Shown here piece by piece: positions 47,040-56,346 of a stretch of DNA of 64,000 nt; positions within the stretch are counted from its first letter, which is position 1; each line of letters begins with the position of its first letter. The notes under the pieces are model-generated. The model was not told the origin of the DNA and searched no databases. It saw nothing but the letters and a program-made list of their open reading frames with translations. The stretch comes from an uncultured virus (IMG/VR IMGVR_UViG_3300033148_007826). Lineage: Duplodnaviria > Heunggongvirae > Uroviricota > Caudoviricetes. The position numbers and the translations under genes are program-made. The stretch lies in IMG/VR virus record IMGVR_UViG_3300033148_007826, one strand, 5' to 3'.

Positions 47040-47318
47040 TTATAATCGGATGTGGTCATCCCAATACTTCTTGTGTCTGATTGTGTTCTTTATATCTTCC
47101 AGACTCGGGACAACAGCAGTAACGAATACGTCATTATCTTTTTTGAGAATATCGAAACACGAATCGTTTTGGGATATGAGCGAATTAATATCGCCGATAA
47201 CTTCGTTGGCTAATTTCTCATCGCTACATGATATTTTGAACCACTCCCCTTCTGGTCCACCAAAATAAGCATGACCGATGCCCTTGCTCGTTATCCTACA
47301 GCTTCCATTTTCCGGCAT
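47040..47318 (-). CDS. Small hypothetical protein (probable paralog of 47397-47690)
   Basis: Class A promoter 47346-47366. Confidence 0.65.
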   Translation of the reverse strand: MPENGSCRITSKGIGHAYFGGPEGEWFKISCSDEKLANEVIGDINSLISQNDSCFDILKKDNDVFVTAVVPSLEDIKNTIRHKKYWDDHIRL

Positions 47319-47396
47319 TGTATCGAATTTGATGATGTTGTGGCAATATATATATGTTTGTAATCAGGAGTGCGCCGTCAGGGACTTAGAATCTTG

Positions 47397-47690
47397 TTAC
47401 TTTGAACGCATCCTTTCACAGTCCGCATCACCCCAACATGGGGGTCGATGAGGCCAACCACTTGAATCTTTGGCCGCCTTTCTGACTTTCTTTTTGATTT
47501 TACGGCGGTCAGTTCCAAACATAGATTTGGTAATCACAAGTGTATTGCTCTTTTCGACCTGCCAGGCTGAGTCCGATAGGTCACCTTTCAATAATTTTTC
47601 TAAATGACGAGCCTCGTCTTCGGTAGAACAGGCTGTGATTATCTTGTGGTCCCCTTCTTTGGTGATGTCCTCAAGGATTTTACAGGTCAT
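47397..47690 (-). CDS. Small hypothetical protein
   Basis: Class A variant promoter 47722-47740. Confidence 0.65.
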   Translation of the reverse strand: MTCKILEDITKEGDHKIITACSTEDEARHLEKLLKGDLSDSAWQVEKSNTLVITKSMFGTDRRKIKKKVRKAAKDSSGWPHRPPCWGDADCERMRSK

Positions 47691-47740
47691 GTTATCAATA
47701 ATATCGAATTGCTTGTACCTTTATATAAGTTTGTTTTCAG

Positions 47741-47812
47741 TGCGCCGTCAGCGAGTCGAACGCTGTCCTACTGGTTGGAAGCCAGTTATGCTACCAGTTA
47801 CACCTACGGCGC
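47741..47812 (-). tRNA. tRNA-Gly(TCC)
   Basis: Cloverleaf. Confidence 0.9.
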
Positions 47813-47813
47813 A

Positions 47814-47892
47814 TGGTGAGCCCGTTCAGATTCGAACTGAAGAATAGATGGTTTGCGGCCAAATGCATTAGACCTGGCTCTGCCACGGGCTC
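47814..47892 (-). tRNA. Atypical tRNA with GCA anticodon (Cys?), CCA encoded
   Basis: Good acceptor and T arms; C33, A73 and two anticodon-stem mismatches. Confidence 0.6.
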
Positions 47893-47907
47893 TTGAGATA
47901 CTGACGA

Positions 47908-48195
47908 TTATCCATTATGTTCTGATAGCCATTTGGAGTATGCATTCGAGAAGACCCGATGATAGTAGAATGGATATAAGGAAATCCCGAGTAGTATGAA
48001 CCCACCAATTAAGCAAGCCCATGCCATCTCTATTGAATTGGTCCTATATGCAATAATCGCACCGATGAATACAGCCATGGATGATATGAGAGCCATCATA
48101 GTGAATATGAAATATTCATTTCTATTGCTTCGTACTTCTGAATATGAGTAGCATTTACCCAAGATGTCTATAGATTTAGAATCACAGCCGTCCAT
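47908..48195 (-). CDS. Small two-TM membrane protein
   Basis: Hydrophobic helices; N-terminal Cys pair. Confidence 0.6.
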   Translation of the reverse strand: MDGCDSKSIDILGKCYSYSEVRSNRNEYFIFTMMALISSMAVFIGAIIAYRTNSIEMAWACLIGGFILLGISLYPFYYHRVFSNAYSKWLSEHNG

Positions 48196-48241
48196 GATTC
48201 TTTGTATATATTTGGGGCTATTTAATGTTTATGTTTTGCTC

Positions 48242-49015
48242 TTATTGGATAGTTATGTTCACGGAATATGTGAAGTCCGTTTCTGGAGGAGGTAACCGCA
48301 TTTCTCCTATGAACGAGCCGCCGTCCAGAGATACGACAACGTTTGATTTCGCATCGTGGTCACCTATGACATTAATCTGGTATTCTGTCTCCTTGAGTTT
48401 GGAGTATAGGTCATGACGGCCAGATAATCCAATGGTTTTGAAACCCGCTACTTTATAGGCGGATTTGAATATCTTGATGTCACAATCGCAGGTGCAATAA
48501 TTCTGTGAGGTTGTTATCAGGATTACGACGTTGGCACTCGACGCTTTCTCTTTGATAATCGGTATGTACTTTTTGGTGAAATGCGATGTGGCATCGAGAC
48601 ATAAGACCTGTACTGGTTTATCGTCCATGCTCTCAATAAGAGCGGTGGGGTTATCTGACATCGGAGTATTCACGAACTCCGTCGTGACTTTACCATAGAA
48701 GGGACTTTCTTCATCATCCCAATACTTGTTCCCATAGCCCCTTACTATCATGTCCACGAGCGTTTTCATAGTGGTCGTATTTCCACTTCCGGCTTTTCCA
48801 AAGATGTGGATACGAACTATTCTGAGCTTCCCCTCGGTGATGTCGGGCGTGATGGCTTCTTGTAATAGATAATGTGGGCTGTGTTTTGGCTTATTCTTCG
48901 GATACACCAATACAAGGCATTCGTGGCCTTCATATTTCTTGAGGCCGTAGACGGCTCCGTTTTGATTTATGACTCCTCTGCTCGTGTCCAGAACGTCATG
49001 CTCCGTTATGTCCAT
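48242..49015 (-). CDS. DUF2080-like N-terminus fused to degenerate P-loop domain
   Basis: NGAVYGLKKYEGHECLVLV; GKAGSGNTT (Walker A Lys replaced). Confidence 0.6.
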   Translation of the reverse strand: MDITEHDVLDTSRGVINQNGAVYGLKKYEGHECLVLVYPKNKPKHSPHYLLQEAITPDITEGKLRIVRIHIFGKAGSGNTTTMKTLVDMIVRGYGNKYWDDEESPFYGKVTTEFVNTPMSDNPTALIESMDDKPVQVLCLDATSHFTKKYIPIIKEKASSANVVILITTSQNYCTCDCDIKIFKSAYKVAGFKTIGLSGRHDLYSKLKETEYQINVIGDHDAKSNVVVSLDGGSFIGEMRLPPPETDFTYSVNITIQ

Positions 49016-49074
49016 CTACCATCACCTTATCCCGATAAGGCGGTGTGTTATACTTAATGGTTTCTAAGGATTGA

Positions 49075-49515
49075 TTATGTCTTGCTCGTGCGGGCTATCT
49101 GCAAGCCGTTCTTCGTCATATGTGTCTTGCACTCATTCGACCCTTCGTTGAGTCCCCACGGACAATCGGCGCAATAGTACATCTCCTTTTTCTTGAGAGA
49201 GAGACAGCCCGGTTCATCCTCGTGCGGAAACCAAGCGGTTTTGCCGTTCTCCATCTTGAACAGTGTGCCGGGAACTCCCGAGTCTGTCGCACCATAGGGG
49301 CAATCCTCTATCTCCTTGACGGGGCATCCGAATTGCTCTATGACGGCTTTGGCGATGGCCGCTTTGTTCTCCGAGGTCATCGGGACGAATGCCTTCTTAG
49401 GGAAGATTAGAACCATGCATTCGTGTCCGGCGTACTTCTTGAAGCCGCTGATGGTCCCGTTGTATCCTACTTCCTTCCGTCCGGTGTCTAATACATTATC
49501 TTGTTCTACTTTCAT
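49075..49515 (-). CDS. DUF2080-like protein
   Basis: VGYNGTISGFKKYAGHECMVLI. Confidence 0.65.
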   Translation of the reverse strand: MKVEQDNVLDTGRKEVGYNGTISGFKKYAGHECMVLIFPKKAFVPMTSENKAAIAKAVIEQFGCPVKEIEDCPYGATDSGVPGTLFKMENGKTAWFPHEDEPGCLSLKKKEMYYCADCPWGLNEGSNECKTHMTKNGLQIARTSKT

Positions 49516-49569
49516 CTTATCACATCTTATATCTTGTATATCTCATGTGATATTTAAGGCTTTTGAAAG

Positions 49570-49641
49570 TGCGGAATCAGGGACTCGAACCCCGTTCTCA
49601 TCGCAGGCAACGATGTATCTTACCCGGTAGACCAATTCCGC
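49570..49641 (-). tRNA. tRNA-Gly(GCC)
   Basis: Cloverleaf. Confidence 0.9.
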
Positions 49642-49643
49642 AT

Positions 49644-49896
49644 ATGTCCGTCAATGTCCGTCAATGTCCGACGCTACCCCATAACGTTCTCATCCCCTCT
49701 CCTCATGAGACTCGTATCATAAGTGGGCCGTGTGAAACCCGTATACCTTCGGAAAGTCTTGGGAAAGTCTTGGGAAAGTCTTGGGAAAGTCTTGGGAAAG
49801 TCTTGGGGAATACTGTACTGGCTGGACTGTTAATCCTATGTTAATCCTATGTTAATCCTATGTTAATCCTATGTTAATCTTATGTTAATCCTATGT
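49644..49896. repeat. Cluster of 10-11-bp tandem arrays
   Basis: ATGTCCGTCA x about 3; GGAAAGTCTTG x5 (49751-49805); TGTTAATCCTA x6 (49828-49893). Confidence 0.95.
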
Positions 49897-50012
49897 CAAC
49901 CACCCATCGGTTGACTAAGAACGTCACGATTTGGGAAGAGGCGACATCTAGGCGACTGGTATTTTCTTCTGTCTATAGTTTCATGCCTGGTGCCCGATAT
50001 TATAGATTGAAG

Positions 50013-50087
50013 TGGGCCAGGTAGGATTTGAACCTACGCAAAACTCCTTGTAAGGGAGCCAACAACACCGGACTTGATTACTGGCCC
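50013..50087 (-). tRNA. tRNA-Val(TAC)
   Basis: Cloverleaf, weak D stem. Confidence 0.85.
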
Positions 50088-50088
50088 A

Positions 50089-50163
50089 TGGTGGGTACGA
50101 AGGGAGTCGAACCCCTGTCTGCGGCTTAGAAGGCCGCTATGCTATCCACTACACTACATACCC
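50089..50163 (-). tRNA. tRNA-Arg(TCT), CCA encoded
   Basis: Cloverleaf. Confidence 0.9.
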
Positions 50164-50209
50164 GTGATGTATTCAGATGTGTTACAAACGAATACGATTG
50201 AAGATGAGG

Positions 50210-50361
50210 TGGGCCAGGTTGGATTTGAACCAACATCCACCCGTCGGTTAAGCTTCTCAGGCCAAATCCGCAAAAGCAGAACAGAGAAGCACCAGCCCCG
50301 AATCCATCGGGAAATGGGAATTGAACCCATGGCCGAAGCCTTCCAGATTAGCCACTGGCCC
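50210..50361 (-). ncRNA. 152-nt expanded tRNA-like RNA with two T-arms
   Basis: GGGCCAG/CTGGCCC stem, D arm, terminal T-arm GTTGG-TTCAAAT-CCAAC, internal ATGGG-TTCAATT-CCCAT. Confidence 0.7.
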
Positions 50362-50368
50362 ATCTACC

Positions 50369-51184
50369 TTAGACATACTCGAACTTGACAGCACCGTGAA
50401 GTTCTTGCCACTTCACCAATCGTTCTCGTTGCGCCGCAGTAATTAAACTGTCTTTCAGGGCGTACCATTTCTTATTCGTACACTTGAGCCAGCCCTTGGC
50501 CTCAAGGATTTGTTCACTGTCGCCAGTTTCGTATGGGTATAACTCTCTGGCAATCAACTTAGACCTCTCGATATGCTGGCCGTGGGCGCACTTGTAGAAA
50601 TACCCAAGAGGGGATAGCCATCCGCTATCGGTTAGCTCATCATCATGATATTTGTTCTCGAACTCCTTGATGTTCTGCTCGATTACGACAGGTTCCAAGG
50701 TCTTTTTAAGATTGGTCCACTTGCGCTTGTACTTGCTTAATTCTCCCACGGTGATTTGCTTTATCTCGAAACTGATATTTGTCTCGTCTATTATCAGTCG
50801 GATGTTGTATTTCTTGCACAACTTGACGATGGTTTTGACATTCATACGCAGGCCGAATCTGCTGTGGTCCAAACCATAGAACATGATGCCCTCCTCGACT
50901 GTGAGATATTCCTTATACTCTTTCCTGTAGTAATACATCAATTGGGCGATTATTTCCCTGTCCTTGTATGGGATGTCATGGTCCGATTGATTTAGGTCCA
51001 GATATGTCCCTTTATCGAATATCTTGATGCACTCAACCGAATAAGACCCAGATATAGACTGTGGATGTTTTCGTATGAAGTTGTATACGAATTGTTTTAT
51101 ATTTTGTGTGTATCGCAGTAATCCATCAATGTCTTTGATTGCCTTTTGGAAGTCGTCTTTTGTCTTCGGCACTGTTCTTGCCAT
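50369..51184 (-). CDS. Hypothetical protein
   Basis: GGTGACACGATG start MARTV; class B promoter at about 51211. Confidence 0.75.
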   Translation of the reverse strand: MARTVPKTKDDFQKAIKDIDGLLRYTQNIKQFVYNFIRKHPQSISGSYSVECIKIFDKGTYLDLNQSDHDIPYKDREIIAQLMYYYRKEYKEYLTVEEGIMFYGLDHSRFGLRMNVKTIVKLCKKYNIRLIIDETNISFEIKQITVGELSKYKRKWTNLKKTLEPVVIEQNIKEFENKYHDDELTDSGWLSPLGYFYKCAHGQHIERSKLIARELYPYETGDSEQILEAKGWLKCTNKKWYALKDSLITAAQRERLVKWQELHGAVKFEYV

Positions 51185-51238
51185 CGTGTCACCATCATAT
51201 GATATGATTGGGGACTTTATATCCTTTTTGAGTCGAAG

Positions 51239-51313
51239 CGGGCACAACAGGATTCGAACCTGTGAATTCTGAGTTAGGAACTCAGAGCATTATCCAAGCT
51301 GTGCCATGTGCCC
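51239..51313 (-). tRNA. tRNA-Arg(CCT)
   Basis: Cloverleaf. Confidence 0.9.
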
Positions 51314-51349
51314 ATAGAATGTTCTTCAAACCGTTGAAGAAGAAAGTAT

Positions 51350-51781
51350 TTATTGGTTAAGCAAACAGTCGAGTATGCTCAGATTTTCCTGGGCGTGAAG
51401 AACGTCCTCATCTGTTACTTTAATGAATTTGCAATATCCCGCCAACTTTTCCGGGTCAATATGCTTCCAACCCTTTTCCGGCGTCCCACAGGCGGCAATT
51501 AAATCTTGATGTCGGCGGATGTGTTCTAAAATGCGCATATCGGTATCTAGGTATGAGATGTCATGGCGGCTCTTGAAGGTGCGTCCATCGTCCATATCAA
51601 CTACAACGTCTGTCTTGTCAACCCCTATTTTGGGAGCAGACCTGGCTATTTCTTTAAGCCTGTTATTTGCCAACTGGAGCGCATTAGGTCCAGTGAATTC
51701 CCATTCACCAGTTAATTCTATAGGCCCTTCTCCTCTGACCACCTTGATATTCGTGATAGATACCGCACATTTTCCAGCCAT
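51350..51781 (-). CDS. Hypothetical protein
   Basis: Class A promoter 51804-51824. Confidence 0.7.
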   Translation of the reverse strand: MAGKCAVSITNIKVVRGEGPIELTGEWEFTGPNALQLANNRLKEIARSAPKIGVDKTDVVVDMDDGRTFKSRHDISYLDTDMRILEHIRRHQDLIAACGTPEKGWKHIDPEKLAGYCKFIKVTDEDVLHAQENLSILDCLLNQ

Positions 51782-51828
51782 TGACTGTCAAAGCTCATAG
51801 TTAATATATATAAGTTTGTAATCAGAAG

Positions 51829-51903
51829 CGGGCGTGGCAGGATTCGAACCCACGAACTGCGACTCCGAAGGCCGCCGCACTATCCAGGCTATGCCACACG
51901 CCC
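51829..51903 (-). tRNA. tRNA-Arg(TCG)
   Basis: Cloverleaf. Confidence 0.9.
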
Positions 51904-52093
51904 ATGTGCTATCATTTTAGATAAAGTATATAAAGTCCCTGAACTTTCTGAAATCTATGAACTTTCAATATGTTGTATGGATGGACCCCTTGGATAATGT
52001 TTGGAAAGATTATATTCCTACTGGGGCAGCCAGAACGTTACTAGATAATATCAATGAGACTGATGGGTGTTTTCTGATACTATTGATGTGAAG

Positions 52094-52165
52094 TCTGGGG
52101 AGAGAGAGTCGAACTCCCGAGGAATGGGTCTACAATCCACCGCCATACCACTTGGCTATCCCCAG
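52094..52165 (-). tRNA. tRNA-Tyr(GTA)
   Basis: C1-G72 and short variable loop (archaeal/eukaryal type). Confidence 0.9.
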
Positions 52166-52175
52166 ATTGAATAGG

Positions 52176-52234
52176 AAAGCGTGTCGGGAATCAAACCCGA
52201 TTGAACAGGGCTCATTCCAGTCACCCTCACGCTT
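52176..52234 (-). ncRNA. 59-nt anticodon-less tRNA-like RNA, copy 2
   Basis: AAGCGTG-AGGGT-GACTGGAATGA-GCCCT-GTTCAA-TCGGG-TTTGATT-CCCGA-CACGCTT-T. Confidence 0.8.
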
Positions 52235-52268
52235 ATGTTATATACTATTTGTTACCAGATTTGGAAAG

Positions 52269-52342
52269 TGGAGGAGGGGAGATTTGAACTCCCGACATTT
52301 CAATTTTCAGTCGAACGGACCCCCAGGCTGTCCTACTCCTCC
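52269..52342 (-). tRNA. tRNA-Phe(GAA)
   Basis: Cloverleaf. Confidence 0.9.
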
Positions 52343-52352
52343 GTGATATTGA

Positions 52353-52427
52353 TGAGCCCGGAGGGATTCGAACCCCCGACACCTGGATTAAAAGTCCAGT
52401 GCATTATCCTAGCTATACTACGGGCCC
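52353..52427 (-). tRNA. tRNA-Lys(TTT)
   Basis: Cloverleaf. Confidence 0.9.
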
Positions 52428-52430
52428 ACA

Positions 52431-52766
52431 TTATGCATAGGCTGGGTCGGATTCTTTAGCTCCATCCCATTTTTCCTCATTTGCGAGGATTATCTCGTAT
52501 GTGGTATCGCCAACTTCAGCCTCGAAAACGTGCCCATAACTGTCTTTGAAACCTAGCATTAGGTCAGCAGTGAGTCGGCAGAACAATATCTGTGAACCTT
52601 TCTCAATGGATTCGGCCTGTGCAATAGCCACTTCACGGGTTATAATTGGGTTGGCAATGATGACATAAATTGGCCCTTCTGGTGTCCTATGCTTAGACAC
52701 ATACATTCCAGCGGGTGGCTGTAGAAGATGCATGAGCCTGGCTGGAAATCTGATTAAGAGCTTCAA
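52431..52766 (-). CDS. Hypothetical protein
   Basis: TTGA overlap with upstream stop. Confidence 0.6.
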   Translation of the reverse strand: MKLLIRFPARLMHLLQPPAGMYVSKHRTPEGPIYVIIANPIITREVAIAQAESIEKGSQILFCRLTADLMLGFKDSYGHVFEAEVGDTTYEIILANEEKWDGAKESDPAYA

Positions 52767-53221
52767 TTGGCTCGCCTCAATGCCGTATCAGTGATGATGT
52801 GTTCGCATCCCCCGCAGATGTAGTACCTGCTGGACCATCTTTCCACCTTGCCTTGTTCTGAACATCTTGGGCAGACGAGCTTCCCGTATATGTTGATGCC
52901 TTTCTTCTTAGCCGCCAGTTCCTTTATCTTCCAACGTGGAAGGGTGGAAATATTGAGAAGGCCGACCAATACGCCGATTATTATGAGCGCACATATGAGT
53001 AGGTTCAACCCCGAATGTTTAAGCAGGGTTCCGTCCTGCCAGCATATGAGTGTGCCCAGAGCCAGGAATATTAGCGAAACTACGCACATGACTATCCCAA
53101 AGCCGATGGCAAGGGCCTTCATTCCAGCTTCCGCCCCCAACATGGGACTGTCGAATTCCTCGCCGACCTTACCTGCGACTTCGGCGGCAAATCCAGCGGG
53201 TCCGCCTGATTTTAACGGCAT
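52763..53221 (-). CDS. Membrane protein with C-terminal zinc ribbon
   Basis: Two TM helices; CPRC...CGGC. Confidence 0.65.
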   Translation of the reverse strand: MPLKSGGPAGFAAEVAGKVGEEFDSPMLGAEAGMKALAIGFGIVMCVVSLIFLALGTLICWQDGTLLKHSGLNLLICALIIIGVLVGLLNISTLPRWKIKELAAKKKGINIYGKLVCPRCSEQGKVERWSSRYYICGGCEHIITDTALRRAN

Positions 53222-53236
53222 CCTGTCATCTCCTGC

Positions 53237-54991
53237 CTAAGTATCGTGTTCCATCTCTACTATGATGTTGACATCCTGGTTGTAGGATGATGACCCCGTT
53301 GCGAACATGATAAGGACGAAATCTCCCACCTCGTAGGCATACGGCCTTGAATTCGCATAGGCGTAGAATGTGAAATGCTGGTGCAAGGTGCGTTGGACCA
53401 CCACGGTCATGTTCAGTGTGGCATTGTATTCCGTATCATTTATAGTTACAGTGAAATCGAGCTTGATTTCCCATTCGGTAGTGCCATTGACGACGTAGTT
53501 ATACATTGATGTTATGGTCCCATTGATGGCGCACAGTGTCTCATTAGTCACACTGCCTGGGAGAGATGAGCCATTTATGAGTTCTATGTATTCTGGAAGG
53601 ACATCGGCGAGTGTTTCGCCCATTACCACCGTTGAGGATACGTCGTCGGCCCTGAGTAGGCTGACCCTCTGTAGGATGTTGTTTTCAGATAGTATGGGGC
53701 AGAACCATGTCTCCACGCCGTCTATGATTAGGAACATGGGCTGTGTAGCGTACCAACCGTCGAAGTTCTTTATTTTCGATGTGGCGACCTCTATGGCCCC
53801 GTCGCCATTCGCCATGCCCTCGACGTTGTAGAAGCTCATCTGACCCGTCTTGGTATCGGTCAGCATATATCCGACCATGGATTTGTCCGAACCTGACGGA
53901 CTCGTGAAATCTGTGAACCAGTAGGTACGGCCATCATTGGCGACAATCATGAATACGTCGCTCTCCTTGATTGAGTCATCCCCTTCGGAATTGGTGGCTC
54001 TTTTTGTTGGTATCTTCACATCGTCCTCCGATAAGACGGTGTTCCAGTAGCCGTGAACATATTTGCCCCACCATTGACAGTAATCCTCGGTCAGTTCCTC
54101 GGGGAACGCATTGTCAATCCATCCTGGCTGTGAGCCGATATTATATTCTGCTATGCTTAGATTGACCGGGGAAACCACCAATATCTTCGATACCACATCA
54201 CCATCGTAAGTGACGGTAGGGGTGCAAAGAGTCACGATGACCCATGGCTGACCTGATTCATCTATCTCGAATGTCCAGTATTGATGATATTGAGAATAAT
54301 CCCGGTATATTATCCTACCCATGTATTCTCCGAAGTATTCTCCATCATAGGCATAGTCAATAGAGTATTCGTTGACGAGTACGGCATCCGCATTGGGGTC
54401 TTCGGCATCCACGAGGACGTAACCACCCGTCACATGATACTCCCTGGCTTTCCAGAAGCCACGATGTACTAACGGACCCAACCACGTTAATGTGCCGTTA
54501 TACATGATTATTTCCATCTCCCCTATCTCGACACGGTTTCCGAGAGAACCGATTACCTTGTCTGCCTTCCAGCGGGCGTATTCATAGTTGACCTGGCGGA
54601 GATGCGTAGTGTCAATCCCGTTGGGCTGGTCCTCGTATGTGCTCACATTCGGGATTCCGTATAATCTGGATGTGACGAAAATCGGAGAGAATAACCCGAC
54701 GAGTAGAATCACCACGCACAGGATTCCGATTATTACTCTGGCTACGTCTTCGGAATCGTTTGCACTTGAGCCACAGAATATGATGCCAAGAAATACACCT
54801 AGCACGGCTGTCATCACCATCGAGAAAGCGTATGTATTGAACATCATCAGGTAGTTCACGATTGCTATTATTACGAAGAATGTCATGGCCATGAGCAGGC
54901 CCCATACTACTTTCACCTTTGTTCTTCCCAATAATGCGATTGTTATCAGGATTGCCACCGCACATATGATAGGTATTATCCAACCGGACAT
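53237..54991 (-). CDS. Large membrane protein with extracytoplasmic domain
   Basis: 584 aa; 4 N-terminal TM; AGGTGA RBS; class B promoter 55020-55031. Confidence 0.8.
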   Translation of the reverse strand: MSGWIIPIICAVAILITIALLGRTKVKVVWGLLMAMTFFVIIAIVNYLMMFNTYAFSMVMTAVLGVFLGIIFCGSSANDSEDVARVIIGILCVVILLVGLFSPIFVTSRLYGIPNVSTYEDQPNGIDTTHLRQVNYEYARWKADKVIGSLGNRVEIGEMEIIMYNGTLTWLGPLVHRGFWKAREYHVTGGYVLVDAEDPNADAVLVNEYSIDYAYDGEYFGEYMGRIIYRDYSQYHQYWTFEIDESGQPWVIVTLCTPTVTYDGDVVSKILVVSPVNLSIAEYNIGSQPGWIDNAFPEELTEDYCQWWGKYVHGYWNTVLSEDDVKIPTKRATNSEGDDSIKESDVFMIVANDGRTYWFTDFTSPSGSDKSMVGYMLTDTKTGQMSFYNVEGMANGDGAIEVATSKIKNFDGWYATQPMFLIIDGVETWFCPILSENNILQRVSLLRADDVSSTVVMGETLADVLPEYIELINGSSLPGSVTNETLCAINGTITSMYNYVVNGTTEWEIKLDFTVTINDTEYNATLNMTVVVQRTLHQHFTFYAYANSRPYAYEVGDFVLIMFATGSSSYNQDVNIIVEMEHDT

Positions 54992-55046
54992 TTGTTCACC
55001 TAAGTCTTTCTAATATCCGGGGACTTTATATGCTTTTTGAAAGGAA

Positions 55047-55135
55047 TGGTGCTGGAGGGAAGATTCGAACTTCCGACGTTGCCTATGTAGTGATTCCTAA
55101 GACCACCGCATTCGACCTGGCTCTGCTACTCCAGC
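55047..55135 (-). tRNA. tRNA-Leu(TAG), CCA encoded
   Basis: Long variable arm, A73. Confidence 0.9.
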
Positions 55136-55137
55136 TT

Positions 55138-55656
55138 TTAATGTGTGTCGTTATATTCCTGACACCAGTTGATGATGGTTTCCTCAGTCCATTTGAAATG
55201 ACGATTCTTCCGTATGTTTCGAGATTGAATCTTTCCGACAAGCTCTGCCCGCTTCTTCATATCAACCATGTCGTAACCCATATATTGATTTCGTCTTCCA
55301 ATTGGCCCCATTGAAATGTATTCGAGCATAACCCCGATATGTGGTTTTTTTATTACTGAGTAGGGAGATATTGTAGTTAATAATTTCTTTAATGATGGTC
55401 TTGCATAAATGCTTATTTCTGCCATTTTGCATCCTGTTCCGTAAGTACGAAATCGGGTATTGTAATTGAGGCCCAGGTCATCAAATATATGTTTAATGGT
55501 TTGGAACCATTTTCCTTCGGACATAGCGATGCTAAACGAGGGGGTGATGGCTATCCGATTCCCAAATTTTCTTTTTGATTTTCGTGTGATGACGTTGAAA
55601 TAAATTGAGCCTTCGCCATCAATCAATCCCGCCATCCAAGCTATTGTGGTAGACAT
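55138..55656 (-). CDS. Free-standing single-motif LAGLIDADG homing endonuclease
   Basis: IAWMAGLIDGEGSI. Confidence 0.85.
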   Translation of the reverse strand: MSTTIAWMAGLIDGEGSIYFNVITRKSKRKFGNRIAITPSFSIAMSEGKWFQTIKHIFDDLGLNYNTRFRTYGTGCKMAEISIYARPSLKKLLTTISPYSVIKKPHIGVMLEYISMGPIGRRNQYMGYDMVDMKKRAELVGKIQSRNIRKNRHFKWTEETIINWCQEYNDTH

Positions 55657-55708
55657 TGTTATACACCTATGATATTATGATATTGTGGGTTTATATGGTT
55701 TATCATGA

Positions 55709-55782
55709 TGAGGGTGACAAAATTCGAACCTGGGGTCACTCGGTTATGAGCCCACCGCATTACCGGGCTCTGCTACGCCAGC
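55709..55782 (-). pseudogene. Degenerate/chimeric tRNA (CAT anticodon)
   Basis: 5' half resembles tRNA-Leu(TAG); acceptor and T stems do not pair. Confidence 0.6.
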
Positions 55783-56338
55783 ATTTACCTATAAAGAAGT
55801 TGATGATAATATCAATCTTCCAGTTGATGAGGGTTCCTAAAGTCGGCCTGAAGATTTTCAATACGCTTGGGGGTATCGTTCCAGAGGGTTTGACCTGAAC
55901 CGATGGGATACCCCGGAACAAGCCAACGTCCACACCATTGATGCTGACCGGGAATGTTGGTTCTTTATCCTCTGCCTTGATGTTCGCATCTGGTTCTATT
56001 GTGCAGCCTTCTTTCAATAGGGTTTCCGCCTCGCATGATACTATCAACACTTTCCCCAGGACTCTTAGACCCCACCAGTTGTGTCTACTTTTCTTGACCC
56101 GCATCTCACCCCAGGCATATGCTATATTTTCTTTGGTCGTGAAATACAGCATATCTTCTTCCGATTCTGCTTTCCAGGTCTTATCGACCCCCGGACGCAT
56201 CCCTTCCCTGGCTATCTTAAGGGCCGTTTTCTTATCAGTGCCATGGTACAATGTGGTTGGCGTGTTGTTCGCCAGCCATGCGGTAAGCTCTGGAAGGCTT
56301 CTGTTCGGGGCAATCACATTTAATGGTATCGGCGTCAT
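55760..56338 (-). CDS. ADP-ribosyltransferase-fold-like protein (LYHGT)
   Basis: LYHGT...IAREGMRP...LYFTT...AYAW. Confidence 0.55.
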   Translation of the reverse strand: MTPIPLNVIAPNRSLPELTAWLANNTPTTLYHGTDKKTALKIAREGMRPGVDKTWKAESEEDMLYFTTKENIAYAWGEMRVKKSRHNWWGLRVLGKVLIVSCEAETLLKEGCTIEPDANIKAEDKEPTFPVSINGVDVGLFRGIPSVQVKPSGTIPPSVLKIFRPTLGTLINWKIDIIINFFIGKCWRSRAR

Positions 56339-56346
56339 TTGCTCAC

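Noticed and set aside
42421..49896. CRISPR array
   Set aside because: The repeats are spacer-less 10-11-bp tandem units and no cas genes are present
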